Part shown: positions 24,282 to 33,993 of the stretch, in pieces | Layout: each line of letters starts with the position of its first letter | How positions within the stretch are numbered: position 1 is the stretch's first letter | From: a virus | Length of the DNA stretch: 64,000 bases | Direction: 5' to 3' (one strand) | Virus record (IMG/VR): IMGVR_UViG_3300035703_000012 | Span: 1-64,000 of that record | Made by a program: the position numbers and the translations under genes | Notes under the pieces: model-generated | What the model was told of the DNA's origin: nothing | Database searches by the model: none | What the model saw: the letters and a program-made list of their open reading frames with translations, nothing else

Positions 24282-25745
24282 TTACACCTGCCACTCGATA
24301 CGGATGTAGCCCGGGGCGCCGGGGCCGCCAGCGCCGCCCGTGCCTCCTGCGCCGCCGATCCCTACCTGGGTCGTGGCGTTGCTCGGGGTACGCACTGCGG
24401 TGCCGCCGGCCCCGCCGCCTCCCCCGCCTCCCCCGCCTCCCCCGCCAGCTCCCCAGCCGCTTGAGTAGCCGCCGGCCCCACCGTTGCCACCGGCCCCACC
24501 GTTGCGTCCAGGCTGGTCAGAGGCCCCGCCGCCTCCTCCGCCGCCCCCGGCGCCCCCTGATCCGGTCGCCGCGCCCCCGGCTCCCCCCAGGCCACGCCCC
24601 TCATTTCCTGTGGCCGAAAACAGGATCCCCTGCGGGAAATTGCCCCACGGAGCAGCATGCACCGGATATGAGCCGGACGAGGTTCCCGCGGCACCGGCCC
24701 CACCGGCACCACCAAGCAGCATGGCGGCGTAGATATAACCCGCCGCCCCGCTGCTTCCTCCGGCCCCGCCGCCTCCCCCGCCGCCCCCGCCATAGACGTA
24801 TTGCGCGGGCGTCCCCCACTGGACGGCAGTGGTCTGGCCGCTGCGACCGCCGCTGGCGCCGGCACCGCCCGCAATTTCAGCCATCGTGGTCAGATGGAGG
24901 CCCCCCGTGAAGCCCACGGAGCCACCACCCGCGGTGTAATACGCAGGTTGGGTGGTGTTTGCATCGGAGCCAGAGCCGCCCACTCCGTACCTGTAGGCGT
25001 TTTGCCAGCCGCTGGACGGATGATTGGTTGCGGTCCCGACGTTGGCACCGGCACCGCCGGCGCCGGGCAGGATGAAGTAGTCGGTGTAGATGATGGGGTT
25101 GCTGACGTTGGTGCCGTTGGTGTTCATGGCCCCACCGACCACAGCCGTAAGCGTAAAGAACGTGCCACCGCTGCCGCCGACGCCGCCCGAGCTTGCGGGC
25201 TGGTAGTTGCCGTAAGGCCCGACGATGCCGGTCACGGCCCCGGCGCCGCTGCCGCCGCGCGCCATCACCAAGCTGGGGGCGCTCGGAGTTCCGAATGTGG
25301 ACGTTTGCCCCGTTGCGCCAGCCCCACCGAAAGGGGCGGGCAAGCCCTCAGTGGCCGTTATGGGGTTGTACTGGGTTCCACCAGTACCAGCGGCACCGCC
25401 AGCGCCGCCGGCACCCACCGAGTAGGTCATCTCAGCGCCAGGCGTGAGCGTGATGGGCACCTCCAGCAGAGTGGTGCCAGAACCACCGCCTGCGCCGCCG
25501 TAGCCGCCAATTCCGTAACTTTGATTCAGAACCCCTTGGCGACTCGTGAATGGCGAGGGTGATTGCGGGAAAACATCTCCGTAGAGGCCGCCCTGGCCGC
25601 CGCGCCCCCCGCCCCCACCACCCCCGCCACCCACGATGGTGATCCGGGCCTTCGTCACGCCGGGGGGGACGGTCCACGTGCCGCTGCCGGACGTAAACTC
25701 CTCATAGCGCCAGTTGTTGCTCTCGCCGCTTTGGATGATGGGCAT
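24282..25745 (-). CDS. glycine-rich domain tail fibre protein
   Basis: GTWTVPPGVTKARITIVGGGGGGGGGRGG ... GAPGYIRIEWQV. 487 aa with long poly-Gly tracts. Confidence 0.7.
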   Translation of the reverse strand: MPIIQSGESNNWRYEEFTSGSGTWTVPPGVTKARITIVGGGGGGGGGRGGQGGLYGDVFPQSPSPFTSRQGVLNQSYGIGGYGGAGGGSGTTLLEVPITLTPGAEMTYSVGAGGAGGAAGTGGTQYNPITATEGLPAPFGGAGATGQTSTFGTPSAPSLVMARGGSGAGAVTGIVGPYGNYQPASSGGVGGSGGTFFTLTAVVGGAMNTNGTNVSNPIIYTDYFILPGAGGAGANVGTATNHPSSGWQNAYRYGVGGSGSDANTTQPAYYTAGGGSVGFTGGLHLTTMAEIAGGAGASGGRSGQTTAVQWGTPAQYVYGGGGGGGGGAGGSSGAAGYIYAAMLLGGAGGAGAAGTSSGSYPVHAAPWGNFPQGILFSATGNEGRGLGGAGGAATGSGGAGGGGGGGGASDQPGRNGGAGGNGGAGGYSSGWGAGGGGGGGGGGGGAGGTAVRTPSNATTQVGIGGAGGTGGAGGPGAPGYIRIEWQV

Positions 25746-25754
25746 TTCTTCACC

Positions 25755-27077
25755 TCACCGGATGGTCACGTACAGGTCTTGGGCACCGGCTGGTGCCGCA
25801 GTCAGCTTCACAGCCAGCACGCTGCCGGCTGCGATCGAAGGCGTGTTGGGCAGGTTGGCGCCTGTGAACGTCGCAAAAGACGCGTTGCCGACGCACGTCA
25901 GGGTCGGCTTGGTGTTCGAGGTGTACAGGGACGTGAAGGGCCCCCCGCTGTAGGTCGCCACCAGCAGGTCGATCGTGATGCTGCCCGTGTTCGGGGAGAC
26001 GGGACAGAGCATGTCGATGGCCGTGATCGTGAAGCTCGACGGCACGAACAGATAGTCGATGACAGGGCCGCCAGCTTCAGTCGCCGCGATGATGGCGAGG
26101 TCGCCAAGCGCCAGGCAGCGGTCCAGTCCGACCGCTGAAATGGGAACTCGCCCCGAGGCGTCGAGCGCCACGACTGCGCCGGCTGCGCTGGCGGTGCCTA
26201 TGCTTGCGTGGTTGGCCGCTCGCAGCACCCCGCCCCCGTCCCGCTTGGCGATCGCGTTGGCCGTCGCAGCCGTTTCGGCCGTTTGCCCGCCCAGCGTCAG
26301 GGCGTCCGTGCCCACCAGGGGCGCTGCCGCCACGCTGATGACCACATCCTCGCCCGCGGCCGGGATGTTGCCGGCGACGAAGGTGATGGTGTTGGAGGCG
26401 CGCGTGTAGTCGGTGCCGGGCACCTGGATGGCGCCGCCTTTCCAGACCATCTCCATGCCGGCCCCCGGCAGCGCGTAGGTCGCGTTGTTGGTGCCGGCGT
26501 TGGCCGTGACCACGGCGGGCACGGTCATCGCGCCTTGCGCATCGTTGGTGGGTGCGCTGGGGTACAGCGCTGCGCTTGCAATAACCGTCAAGCCCGCATC
26601 CAGGGCCGGTGTGAACGTCACCTGGCCGGAAGCGTTGACGGTGTAATCAGAATCTTTGACCTGCAGCGAGCCGTCGACCCAGACCATGGGGTGCTCGCGG
26701 GTGTAGGGCAGGTTGTAGAGGTTCGAGCCCGTGCTCGTCTCGGTGATGACCATCGGCGTGCCCATCACGCCGCCGCCGCCCGAGGTGCCCCCCTCGACCG
26801 CCACCGTCACCCAAGACGTGCTTGAGCTCTTGTAGCGGTCGAGTTGGGTTTTGCCCTCGCCGTTGTCCAACACCAGGACCAGGTCGCCATCTTGGGGCGA
26901 GCTGAGCGCATTCCGTCCGGCGATGTTCGACACCTTGGCCCGGATGAAACGCCGGGCATCCAGAAAGCTCTGGATGTTCGACGTTCCTCCTGCGGTGGTA
27001 TCGCCAATCCAATCGGCGGTGATGGGCTTGATACGCTCGACCGGAAGACTACCCGGTCCGGTGGGACTGTACGGCAT
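25755..27077 (-). CDS. tail fibre protein with repeated beta-sandwich modules
   Basis: 440 aa with two modules of the type Y.LP......V.vdG..q....DYT.....itF. Confidence 0.65.
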   Translation of the reverse strand: MPYSPTGPGSLPVERIKPITADWIGDTTAGGTSNIQSFLDARRFIRAKVSNIAGRNALSSPQDGDLVLVLDNGEGKTQLDRYKSSSTSWVTVAVEGGTSGGGGVMGTPMVITETSTGSNLYNLPYTREHPMVWVDGSLQVKDSDYTVNASGQVTFTPALDAGLTVIASAALYPSAPTNDAQGAMTVPAVVTANAGTNNATYALPGAGMEMVWKGGAIQVPGTDYTRASNTITFVAGNIPAAGEDVVISVAAAPLVGTDALTLGGQTAETAATANAIAKRDGGGVLRAANHASIGTASAAGAVVALDASGRVPISAVGLDRCLALGDLAIIAATEAGGPVIDYLFVPSSFTITAIDMLCPVSPNTGSITIDLLVATYSGGPFTSLYTSNTKPTLTCVGNASFATFTGANLPNTPSIAAGSVLAVKLTAAPAGAQDLYVTIR

Positions 27078-27105
27078 GCGGCCAGAGCTCCAGGGTTACC
27101 GGGGA

Positions 27106-28881
27106 CTACGCCTTCTTGTAGCTGACCCGCAGCCACTCACCCGTGATGGGCTGGTAGGGGTCGGTGAAGGTCAGCGTCGCGCCCGAGAACGTGAAGTGGG
27201 TGCCAGGCAGCATCATCAGGCCGGAGACGAACACCTGGAGGGTGCCCGACGCCGGGGTGTGAGCCAAGGTGAACTCCCGGTTGGTGCCGTTGATGCTGCC
27301 CGTCGGCGTCTCGTTGATGACGAAGCGAGCGATCTCGGTGTCGACGTAGCCCTTGCTGGCGATGTCGGCAGCCACCGCGGGATCGGCCACCTTGGCGCGG
27401 CCGTTGGCGTCGCGGAGCACCAGGGTGTCCGCCACGGCCGAGGCCGTACCCGTCGTCGCGGAGTTCGCCACCTTGCCTGCCGTCGAGATGGTGGCGAGCT
27501 TGGTGTCGGCAATCGCGGCCGTGGCCGAGATGTCCGCGTTGACGATCGAGCCCGTCAGCGCCAGCTTCGAGTACGCAATCGCCGCTGCGGCCGCGATGTC
27601 CGCGTTGACGATCGAGTTTGCCAGGGCCAGCTTCGAGTAGGCGATGCCCGCTGCGGCCGCGATGTCCGCGTTGACGAGACTGCCCGTCAGAGCCAGCTTG
27701 GAGTACGCGATCGCAGCCGAGGCCGAGATGTCGGCGTTGACGATCGAACCCGTCAGAGCCAACTTGGAGTACGCGATGGCAGCCGAGGCCGACACATCCG
27801 CGTTCACCAGGCTGCCAGCCAGGTTCAGCTTCGAGTAGGCGATCGCCGCGTTGGAAGCGACGTTCGCGTTGGCGATCTGACCGACCTGGATGGAGTCGCC
27901 GTTCACCGTGATGGTGGAGTCGGCCGCGACGATGTCGAGGGTGTTGCCCGTCTTCGTCAGACCGGCACCCGCCGTGAGCTGACCCGCGCCCGAGAACTGC
28001 ACGAAGGCAAGGGCCGTCGTGCCGAGGGTGATGGCGCCATCCGTGGACAGCACGAAGCCGGCGTCGGCGTTGGCCGTGCCTTCCTCGACGAAGACGAACA
28101 TGCCGGAGCTCACCTTGGCGGATGAGTCGGCATCGGTTGCCCGCGACCAGGTGCTGGCCGCCACGACGTAGATGCCGTTGGCGGAAGCCGTCGACTGGTT
28201 CTTCACCAGCACGCGGTCTCCGGCGACCAGCTCGACGCCGTCGATGGTCTGCTCACCCGAGAGGGTGATGTTGGCCGTGGTGGCCGCGCGCACGGACGCC
28301 TTGACGTCGAGGCCCTGGGCCACGCTGTCGACGTACGCCTTGGTGGCGGCGTCGGTGGAGTTGGTGACGGTGCCCGTGAGGCTGATCATCGCGGTCGAGA
28401 ACTTGCCGTCGGCATCGCGGGCGACGATCGCGCTGGCCGTGTTGCTGGCCGTGGCGGTGGTGGCAGAGTTGCTCACCTTGCCCGCCGAGGCGATGGTCTT
28501 GAGCTTGACGTCGGCAACCGAGTCGTGAATCAGCCGGTGACCACCAAGAAAACCAATGTCTGTCGTCATGGGTGAAGACCCCTCCTGTTGGACTGTCGCG
28601 GACACTGTGACCGAGACCTGGGACGAAGCGATAAGTTCGCGAATTTGCAACTCGTTGTCGGCAACGACGGAGATGAAAACCCGCTGCCAGGTATCTTCCT
28701 GGCTGTCCTGGATTAAAACGACGGCAGTTCCTTCAGCCAAAGGCGTAACGACACCCGTGACGGAATCGACTGAAACGTAAAGCTCAGAACCAGCGTCAAC
28801 CACGTAAACAGCGCCAGCCGCCAGCGGAATGCTGTACAGTTCGGCGAGGTCCAGCGTGCCTGAAAGGGCTACCTCGTACAC
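27106..28881 (-). CDS. tail fibre protein (N-terminal Big_2-like domain, central fibre domain, 20-aa repeats)
   Basis: ATTANITLSGEQTIDGVELVAGDRVLVKNQ...NGIYVV fibre motif and six AAIAYSKLAL repeats. GTG start follows AAGGAA. Confidence 0.8.
   Translation of the reverse strand: MYEVALSGTLDLAELYSIPLAAGAVYVVDAGSELYVSVDSVTGVVTPLAEGTAVVLIQDSQEDTWQRVFISVVADNELQIRELIASSQVSVTVSATVQQEGSSPMTTDIGFLGGHRLIHDSVADVKLKTIASAGKVSNSATTATASNTASAIVARDADGKFSTAMISLTGTVTNSTDAATKAYVDSVAQGLDVKASVRAATTANITLSGEQTIDGVELVAGDRVLVKNQSTASANGIYVVAASTWSRATDADSSAKVSSGMFVFVEEGTANADAGFVLSTDGAITLGTTALAFVQFSGAGQLTAGAGLTKTGNTLDIVAADSTITVNGDSIQVGQIANANVASNAAIAYSKLNLAGSLVNADVSASAAIAYSKLALTGSIVNADISASAAIAYSKLALTGSLVNADIAAAAGIAYSKLALANSIVNADIAAAAAIAYSKLALTGSIVNADISATAAIADTKLATISTAGKVANSATTGTASAVADTLVLRDANGRAKVADPAVAADIASKGYVDTEIARFVINETPTGSINGTNREFTLAHTPASGTLQVFVSGLMMLPGTHFTFSGATLTFTDPYQPITGEWLRVSYKKA
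27487..27876. repeat. coding tandem repeat, about 6 x 60 bp
   Basis: Units resemble GATGTCCGCGTTGACGATCGAGCCCGTCAGCGCCAGCTTCGAGTACGCAATCGCCGCTGCGGCCGC. They encode (S/A)xAAIAYSKLALTGS(I/L)VNADI. Confidence 0.85.
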
Positions 28882-29049
28882 GTTTGGTTCCTTGCTAGGC
28901 TACAACGCTGGCTCCTGTATTTTCTGGCTAACCTTGCTACGACCGCAGCCGACGCACATGATTTTTGCCTTGAAGACCGGCGTTTTGGTTGTTTTCTGGT
29001 ATAGCAGCTCGAACAGCTGTAAAAGTGCGCACGTTGAGACGGGTGTGCT

Positions 29050-30060
29050 TTACGTGTTGTTGGCCCTGTAGCTGATGAAGGCCTTGCTGCCGTCCGGCAG
29101 CACGCCGCCGATGCCCTTGACGTAGGTCAGCGTCGTGCTGCCGTTGGTGCCGGCAAACGTGGAGAGCAGCGCGACGCTGCTGCCGTACGCGTCGCCTGCG
29201 ATCGCCAGGGGCGAGGCCGGCGGCGTGAAGGTGGTGCTGTAGCGCGCCACCCCCTTGGTCACGCGCACGTCCCGGAGGTAGCCCGCGTAGGCCTCCACGC
29301 CGTTGGCGTGCGCCCCGATGTACAGGCGCGTCTCGGTGAAGTTCTGGTTGTTGGTCGCCGTCGCCACGGACGCGCCGTTGACCCACAACGTCAGCGTGGT
29401 GCCGCTGCGCGTCAGGGCCAGGTGGTACCAGTTGTTCGCCAGGATGGTGTTCGACGGGCTGATCAGGATCCAGCTGTTGGTGTAAAAGAACACCTCGCCG
29501 TTGGCCCGCAGGCCGAGCCCGTACATGTTCGGGTCCGAGCGCGCGTCCGGGCGAGAGCTCAGGATGGTGTTGTAGTTGTAGACGCCCGTCGGATAGATGC
29601 GGGCCTCCAGCGTGAAGTCGCCCGTGCCCAGCGCATGGGATGCGTCGGTGGCCGAGAGCACCACGTCGCCCACGCCGTCGAGCAGCAAGGCCGTCGTGGC
29701 CTGGCCGGGCGGCAAGGCGAGCTTGGCGTCCCCCAGCACGGTGTAGCTGCGCGAGAGCGGGTACATGCGCAGCTTGCGCTTGATGCCGCCCGCGTCGTTG
29801 AGCACCTCGTAGGTTTTGGTGGCGGTCACGCCGTCTTGCACCAGGCCGTCCACCACCACCGTGGGAATGCTGCCCGTCACAATGCCCGCGGGGGCAGCGG
29901 CCAGCAGGTACTCGTTGTTGGCGTCCGGCGTGACCACCTCATAGTCCACGAAGCTGGGGCTGGCCTCGAGGGCGGTCACACGGGTGTCCAGGGCCTTGTC
30001 GGCAGCCGCACGGGCGGCCGCTTCGTCGGCCAGGTTGTTGAACGTGGCGAAATCAGACAT
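29050..30060 (-). CDS. LamG/concanavalin-A-like lectin-domain fibre protein
   Basis: GDFTLEARIYP...WYHLALTRSGTTLTLWVNG...LYIGA...YAGYLRDVRVTKG is a laminin-G-type signature. Confidence 0.7.
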   Translation of the reverse strand: MSDFATFNNLADEAAARAAADKALDTRVTALEASPSFVDYEVVTPDANNEYLLAAAPAGIVTGSIPTVVVDGLVQDGVTATKTYEVLNDAGGIKRKLRMYPLSRSYTVLGDAKLALPPGQATTALLLDGVGDVVLSATDASHALGTGDFTLEARIYPTGVYNYNTILSSRPDARSDPNMYGLGLRANGEVFFYTNSWILISPSNTILANNWYHLALTRSGTTLTLWVNGASVATATNNQNFTETRLYIGAHANGVEAYAGYLRDVRVTKGVARYSTTFTPPASPLAIAGDAYGSSVALLSTFAGTNGSTTLTYVKGIGGVLPDGSKAFISYRANNT

Positions 30061-30075
30061 GAAAACTTCAGCTCC

Positions 30076-30381
30076 TTACTGGCCGTTGGCAGCGGCGATG
30101 CCCGCCGCCAGCGTGATGGCACCGCTGGCAAGCTGCTGGCGGATGGTGTACTCCGCCGCGGGAATCACCGACACGGCAAGCTTGCGAACCACGACGTTGC
30201 TGGCGTTCTTCACCAGGACCACGCCGACGCCGACAGCCAGGGGCGTCACCAGCCCACCGGCGCTCACGGTGAGAATGCTTTCACACCCGGGTGCGACGCT
30301 GTAGGTGATGCCCGTGTCTGCCCCGGCGCCGTTGTAGTTGATGTTGAAATCCAGCGTTGCCGTCAAAGACATTTCGTACAT
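30076..30381 (-). CDS. Big_2-like Ig-domain small protein
   Basis: MYEMSLTATLD...VSAGGLVTPLAVGVGVVLV is homologous to the N-terminus of 27106..28881. Confidence 0.55.
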   Translation of the reverse strand: MYEMSLTATLDFNINYNGAGADTGITYSVAPGCESILTVSAGGLVTPLAVGVGVVLVKNASNVVVRKLAVSVIPAAEYTIRQQLASGAITLAAGIAAANGQ

Positions 30382-30392
30382 GGCGAGACTCT

Positions 30393-33284
30393 CTAGCTGG
30401 CGTAGTAGTAGTAGGTCACCACCAACCACTCCTGCGCGATGGGCTTGGCTCCCGGCAAAATCGTGAGGGTGGACCCATCGACCGTGTAGTCGATGCCGTA
30501 GCGAAGCTCGGCAATGCCCGAGATCTTCACGACGGGCAAAGGCTCCAGCGCGATTGGGTGGCTGACGTTGAAGCTGCCGTTGCCGTCGAAGCCGTCCGTC
30601 GAGTTGATGTCACCCGAGGCCACTTCCTGGATCTGCACCAGCTGGGCCGGCGCAGACGTCGCCGCGTCGTCCTCGCCAATCTGAAACTCGATCACCTCAA
30701 CCACCTCATCTTGCAAACAGGGCTTGCGAAACCGGATGCTCGTGGCGCTCTCGACCACCCAGTCGAAGTCGGTGCCGGCCGGGTCGCTGCCCTGGCTGAG
30801 CGCCAGCCCGCTGCGGAAGACCTGCAGCAAACGCCTGTTGGTCTGATACGGCTCGGGCAGCGTCAGCACGGTCTGGCCGGCCGTCATCACGAACGGTCCG
30901 TGCAGCTTGATCTGCACGCTTTCGCGGCTGGCTCCGATGGGGACCCAGGTCCCCGGCGTCCCGCCACCGATGCACACCCAGCCCAGGTTGTGGCGGCTGT
31001 TGGGGGCGCTGTTCCACACCCGGTCACCGGCCTTCCAGGTGCCCGCCACGGGCGCGGTGCTGCGGTAGGCCTCTTTGAGCTGGCCGTCGTGCGTCACACG
31101 CGCCAGGCGCTCCGCCACGTTGGTGCTGAGCGTCTCGACGCTGCCCACCAGCTGGTTCTCGTGCTCGAACAGCACGCCGAGGTTGAGCAGCCCGAAGCCG
31201 TAGACCTGCGGGGGCACCGCCTGCGTGCTGCCCAGCACGTTGCGGGACAGCACGACCTGGCTGGCCGTGCTCACAAGCAGGCTGGTGCTGGCCGCACCCG
31301 TCGCGAGGCTGCGCTGGTTGGCGTCGAGCAGGTGGTTGTCGAGCACCCACATGCGGGTCTTGCCCCCGTCGGCGTCCCCCACCAGGGAGAAGCCCGTCCG
31401 GCCGCAGGCCCGCAGCTGGTTGCCCTGCACGTAGACGGCCTGCTCGGCCTGCTGGGGATGGTAGCTGGTCGCAGGCAGCAGGCTCAGCGCGTCGCCGGTG
31501 GCCCTCACAAAGGTGTTGTGCAGCACCTGCGCCAGGCTCGCTTGCAGCCGGTCGAGCAGGACGTTGCAGCCCTCGAAGTGGTTGCGCTCGAGCCGGACCT
31601 GGGCGAAGCCTCCCTCGGCCTGCCCCAGCAACCGCACGCCCAGCCGCTGCTGGCCCGCGAGGCTTTCCGTCTCGGCTTCAAAGCGATTCTCCACCAGGCT
31701 GAGCGTCACGCCGCGGCCACCCGCCGAGGCCTGGAACAGCAGCCCGGTGCCGACAAAGCCCTCGTAGCGCCAGGTGTTGCGCCGCACCTCGACCAGCAGG
31801 GGGCCTGAAAACCCTGCCAGACCCTGCAGGCCGCAGGCCACCAGCGCGGCGGCGGCACCACCCGTGGCCCGGTGCCCCTCGAAGGTGTTGTTCTCCAGCA
31901 TCAGGTGGCCGGCGCGCAGCTGGGCGAAGCGCAGCACCTCCTGCTCGGGGCGCCCTTGCAGCAGCCGCGAGTCCCGCACCGTCAGGTCACGCCCGCCCAG
32001 CAGCAACAGCCCCTGGCACGTCAGCCGCTCGAGCCAGAGCCCGTCGGTGTTGGGACCTGCCTCGAGCACGGGCAGGGAGCCGTGGCCGCGCAGCACGCTG
32101 TCCTTGAGCTGGACCTGCCGGTTCAGCAGGGCTGCCCCACCCGGCCAGGGCAGCAGGCTCACGGCCGTGCGCACGCTGTCGACGCGCAGCTTCTCGAGCA
32201 GCACGCCTTCGCAGCCCTGCAGCGTCAGCACCGCCCCCTCGGCCGGCCCCGGCTCGGCGTCGCGCGCCTCCACCTCGCTGAGCACCAGCCCCTGGCACAG
32301 GCCGAAGCGGAGCTGACCGGCCAGCGGCCCTGTCAGCAGCAGGTCCTCGAAGTGGCAGTGCCTGCCCAGCTGCACCTCCAGCAGCGGCTTGGGCCCGAGC
32401 ACCACCAGGCTCAGCCCCTGGAGGCCGACCTCGACCGGGGCCAGGCTGTACAGCTGGGCAAGCCCCGGCACGTACGCCGCCCGCAAGGGATGGACGAGCG
32501 GGAGCAGCCCCGCCACCGACAGCCCTCCCTGGCTCGCCGTCTGCAACGCGCCGGCGCTGAGGACCACCTGGCCCTCTCCCACAGCCGTGACGGTGGTGCC
32601 AGAAGGCAGCAGGTCCGGTGCCGTCAGCGCGTCGCCCACCCGCAGCACGCCCCCGTGGCTGAGGCCCGTCAGGATGTTGCTGCCCTGCTGGAAGTCGGCC
32701 TTGAGCTGGGCTTCCTCGACGAACTCGCCCGGCAGCGCCGCCGCGCCGCTGAAGCTGTCCGCCTCGGCGCCCGCCAGCAGCCAGGTGGCACCCAGCTCGG
32801 CCCCGGCCGTCGCATCCACGCGCAGGTGCCGCTGACCCGCCGCCGCGGGTTCGAGCAGCGGCAGCTCCGGCACCAGCTCCCCGGCAGCCTGCAGGTGGGC
32901 CGCCGCGGGTCCGGCGTCCTGCAGCACCAGCTGGGTGCGGCGCGAGCCTGCGCCCTCGAGCCCCACCAGGTGCGGCAGCGTGATCGCGCCTGAAAGCTCG
33001 TAGCGCCCCGCCGGGGCGTAGACCGTGCCGCCGCCCTCGGCCTGCGCAGCCGCCAGTGCCTGCTCGAAAGCCTGGGTGTTGTCGAAGCCGGGCACGGCCT
33101 GCGCGCCGAAGTCGAGCACGTTGAGGCGCAGCTGCTGCAGGCGCTTGCGCAGGGCGAGCGTGCGGTTGGCCAGCTGCTTGAACGGCACGTTGAGGATGCC
33201 GTCCGGGCCCGCCAGGGCGCGGTCGGTTGTTTCGAGCTGGTAGATACCAGCTTCCCAGGAAGGGGCTTCGAAGAGGTTGGCCAT
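30393..33284 (-). CDS. tailspike with right-handed beta-helix (pectate-lyase-like) domain
   Basis: N-terminal fibre motif WEAGIYQLETTD...NVPFKQLANRTLALRK, then NVLDFGAQ..PGFDNTQAFEQALAAA...GGTVYAPAGRYEL. The ATG at 33284 lies 7 nt after AGGAG. Confidence 0.8.
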   Translation of the reverse strand: MANLFEAPSWEAGIYQLETTDRALAGPDGILNVPFKQLANRTLALRKRLQQLRLNVLDFGAQAVPGFDNTQAFEQALAAAQAEGGGTVYAPAGRYELSGAITLPHLVGLEGAGSRRTQLVLQDAGPAAAHLQAAGELVPELPLLEPAAAGQRHLRVDATAGAELGATWLLAGAEADSFSGAAALPGEFVEEAQLKADFQQGSNILTGLSHGGVLRVGDALTAPDLLPSGTTVTAVGEGQVVLSAGALQTASQGGLSVAGLLPLVHPLRAAYVPGLAQLYSLAPVEVGLQGLSLVVLGPKPLLEVQLGRHCHFEDLLLTGPLAGQLRFGLCQGLVLSEVEARDAEPGPAEGAVLTLQGCEGVLLEKLRVDSVRTAVSLLPWPGGAALLNRQVQLKDSVLRGHGSLPVLEAGPNTDGLWLERLTCQGLLLLGGRDLTVRDSRLLQGRPEQEVLRFAQLRAGHLMLENNTFEGHRATGGAAAALVACGLQGLAGFSGPLLVEVRRNTWRYEGFVGTGLLFQASAGGRGVTLSLVENRFEAETESLAGQQRLGVRLLGQAEGGFAQVRLERNHFEGCNVLLDRLQASLAQVLHNTFVRATGDALSLLPATSYHPQQAEQAVYVQGNQLRACGRTGFSLVGDADGGKTRMWVLDNHLLDANQRSLATGAASTSLLVSTASQVVLSRNVLGSTQAVPPQVYGFGLLNLGVLFEHENQLVGSVETLSTNVAERLARVTHDGQLKEAYRSTAPVAGTWKAGDRVWNSAPNSRHNLGWVCIGGGTPGTWVPIGASRESVQIKLHGPFVMTAGQTVLTLPEPYQTNRRLLQVFRSGLALSQGSDPAGTDFDWVVESATSIRFRKPCLQDEVVEVIEFQIGEDDAATSAPAQLVQIQEVASGDINSTDGFDGNGSFNVSHPIALEPLPVVKISGIAELRYGIDYTVDGSTLTILPGAKPIAQEWLVVTYYYYAS

Positions 33285-33294
33285 GGGTTCGCTC

Positions 33295-33993
33295 CTACAC
33301 CGTGCCGCGCCAGAACAAGGCGCCATTCAGGCGGTACAGCCCGTTGAACAAGAAGGGCTCGGTCTTGGTGGTGCTGCGCTTGACGGTGATGAGCCGGCCC
33401 TCGGCGTCGAAGGCGTAGCGGCTGGTGTGGGTCTTGTCGGGCTCGATGGCCACGATTTCGCGGATGCGCCCGTTGTCGTCGTAACGGTAGAACTCCTCGC
33501 GCACGATCCAGTCATGAAGCCCTTCGTAGGCCTTGAGCAGCGTGCCTGTGGCGTCGTGCTCGAGCCACACCTGGGGCCGGATGGCCCGCAGCGACACCAC
33601 GCCGGTCTCGTCGCGCAAGACGTAACCGAGCACCGTGAGCGCCGTGGCGGGCACGCGGGTGTGCCACTGCAGCTGACCTTCCGAGCCGGCGCACAGAAAC
33701 AGCACGGCCCCCAAGGAGGCATCCGGCAGAGCCACGGCCTGCGTCGGCCAGGACCACGCCACCCCCGTCGCATCCAGGTGCGTGCCGGCTGTTAGCTGCA
33801 CCGACGCGGCGTCCAGCACCTGCAACGCAAGGCCGCTGCGGCTTTCTGCCGGCCAGTTCCGCAAGGACACGGCGTTGCGCGCGGTCCGCAGCTGGTCCTG
33901 CACCCGGTTGTTGGCCGCGAGCAGCGTGGGGCCGACCCGCGCCACCTTCGGGTTCCAGGCAGGGTTCACAAACGGCACGCCAGCAAGCGGCAT
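33295..33993 (-). CDS. YD-repeat-containing fibre-module protein, paralogue 2
   Basis: FYRYDDNGRI and YAFDAEGRLI. It shares the VQLTAGT N-terminal domain motif with 33993..34739. TGATG coupling. Confidence 0.6.
   Translation of the reverse strand: MPLAGVPFVNPAWNPKVARVGPTLLAANNRVQDQLRTARNAVSLRNWPAESRSGLALQVLDAASVQLTAGTHLDATGVAWSWPTQAVALPDASLGAVLFLCAGSEGQLQWHTRVPATALTVLGYVLRDETGVVSLRAIRPQVWLEHDATGTLLKAYEGLHDWIVREEFYRYDDNGRIREIVAIEPDKTHTSRYAFDAEGRLITVKRSTTKTEPFLFNGLYRLNGALFWRGTV

Noticed and set aside
27487-27876. Regular 60-bp repeats, considered as a possible CRISPR-like array.
   Set aside because: The repeats are contiguous with no spacers and are in frame within a fibre gene, where they encode a 20-aa protein repeat.
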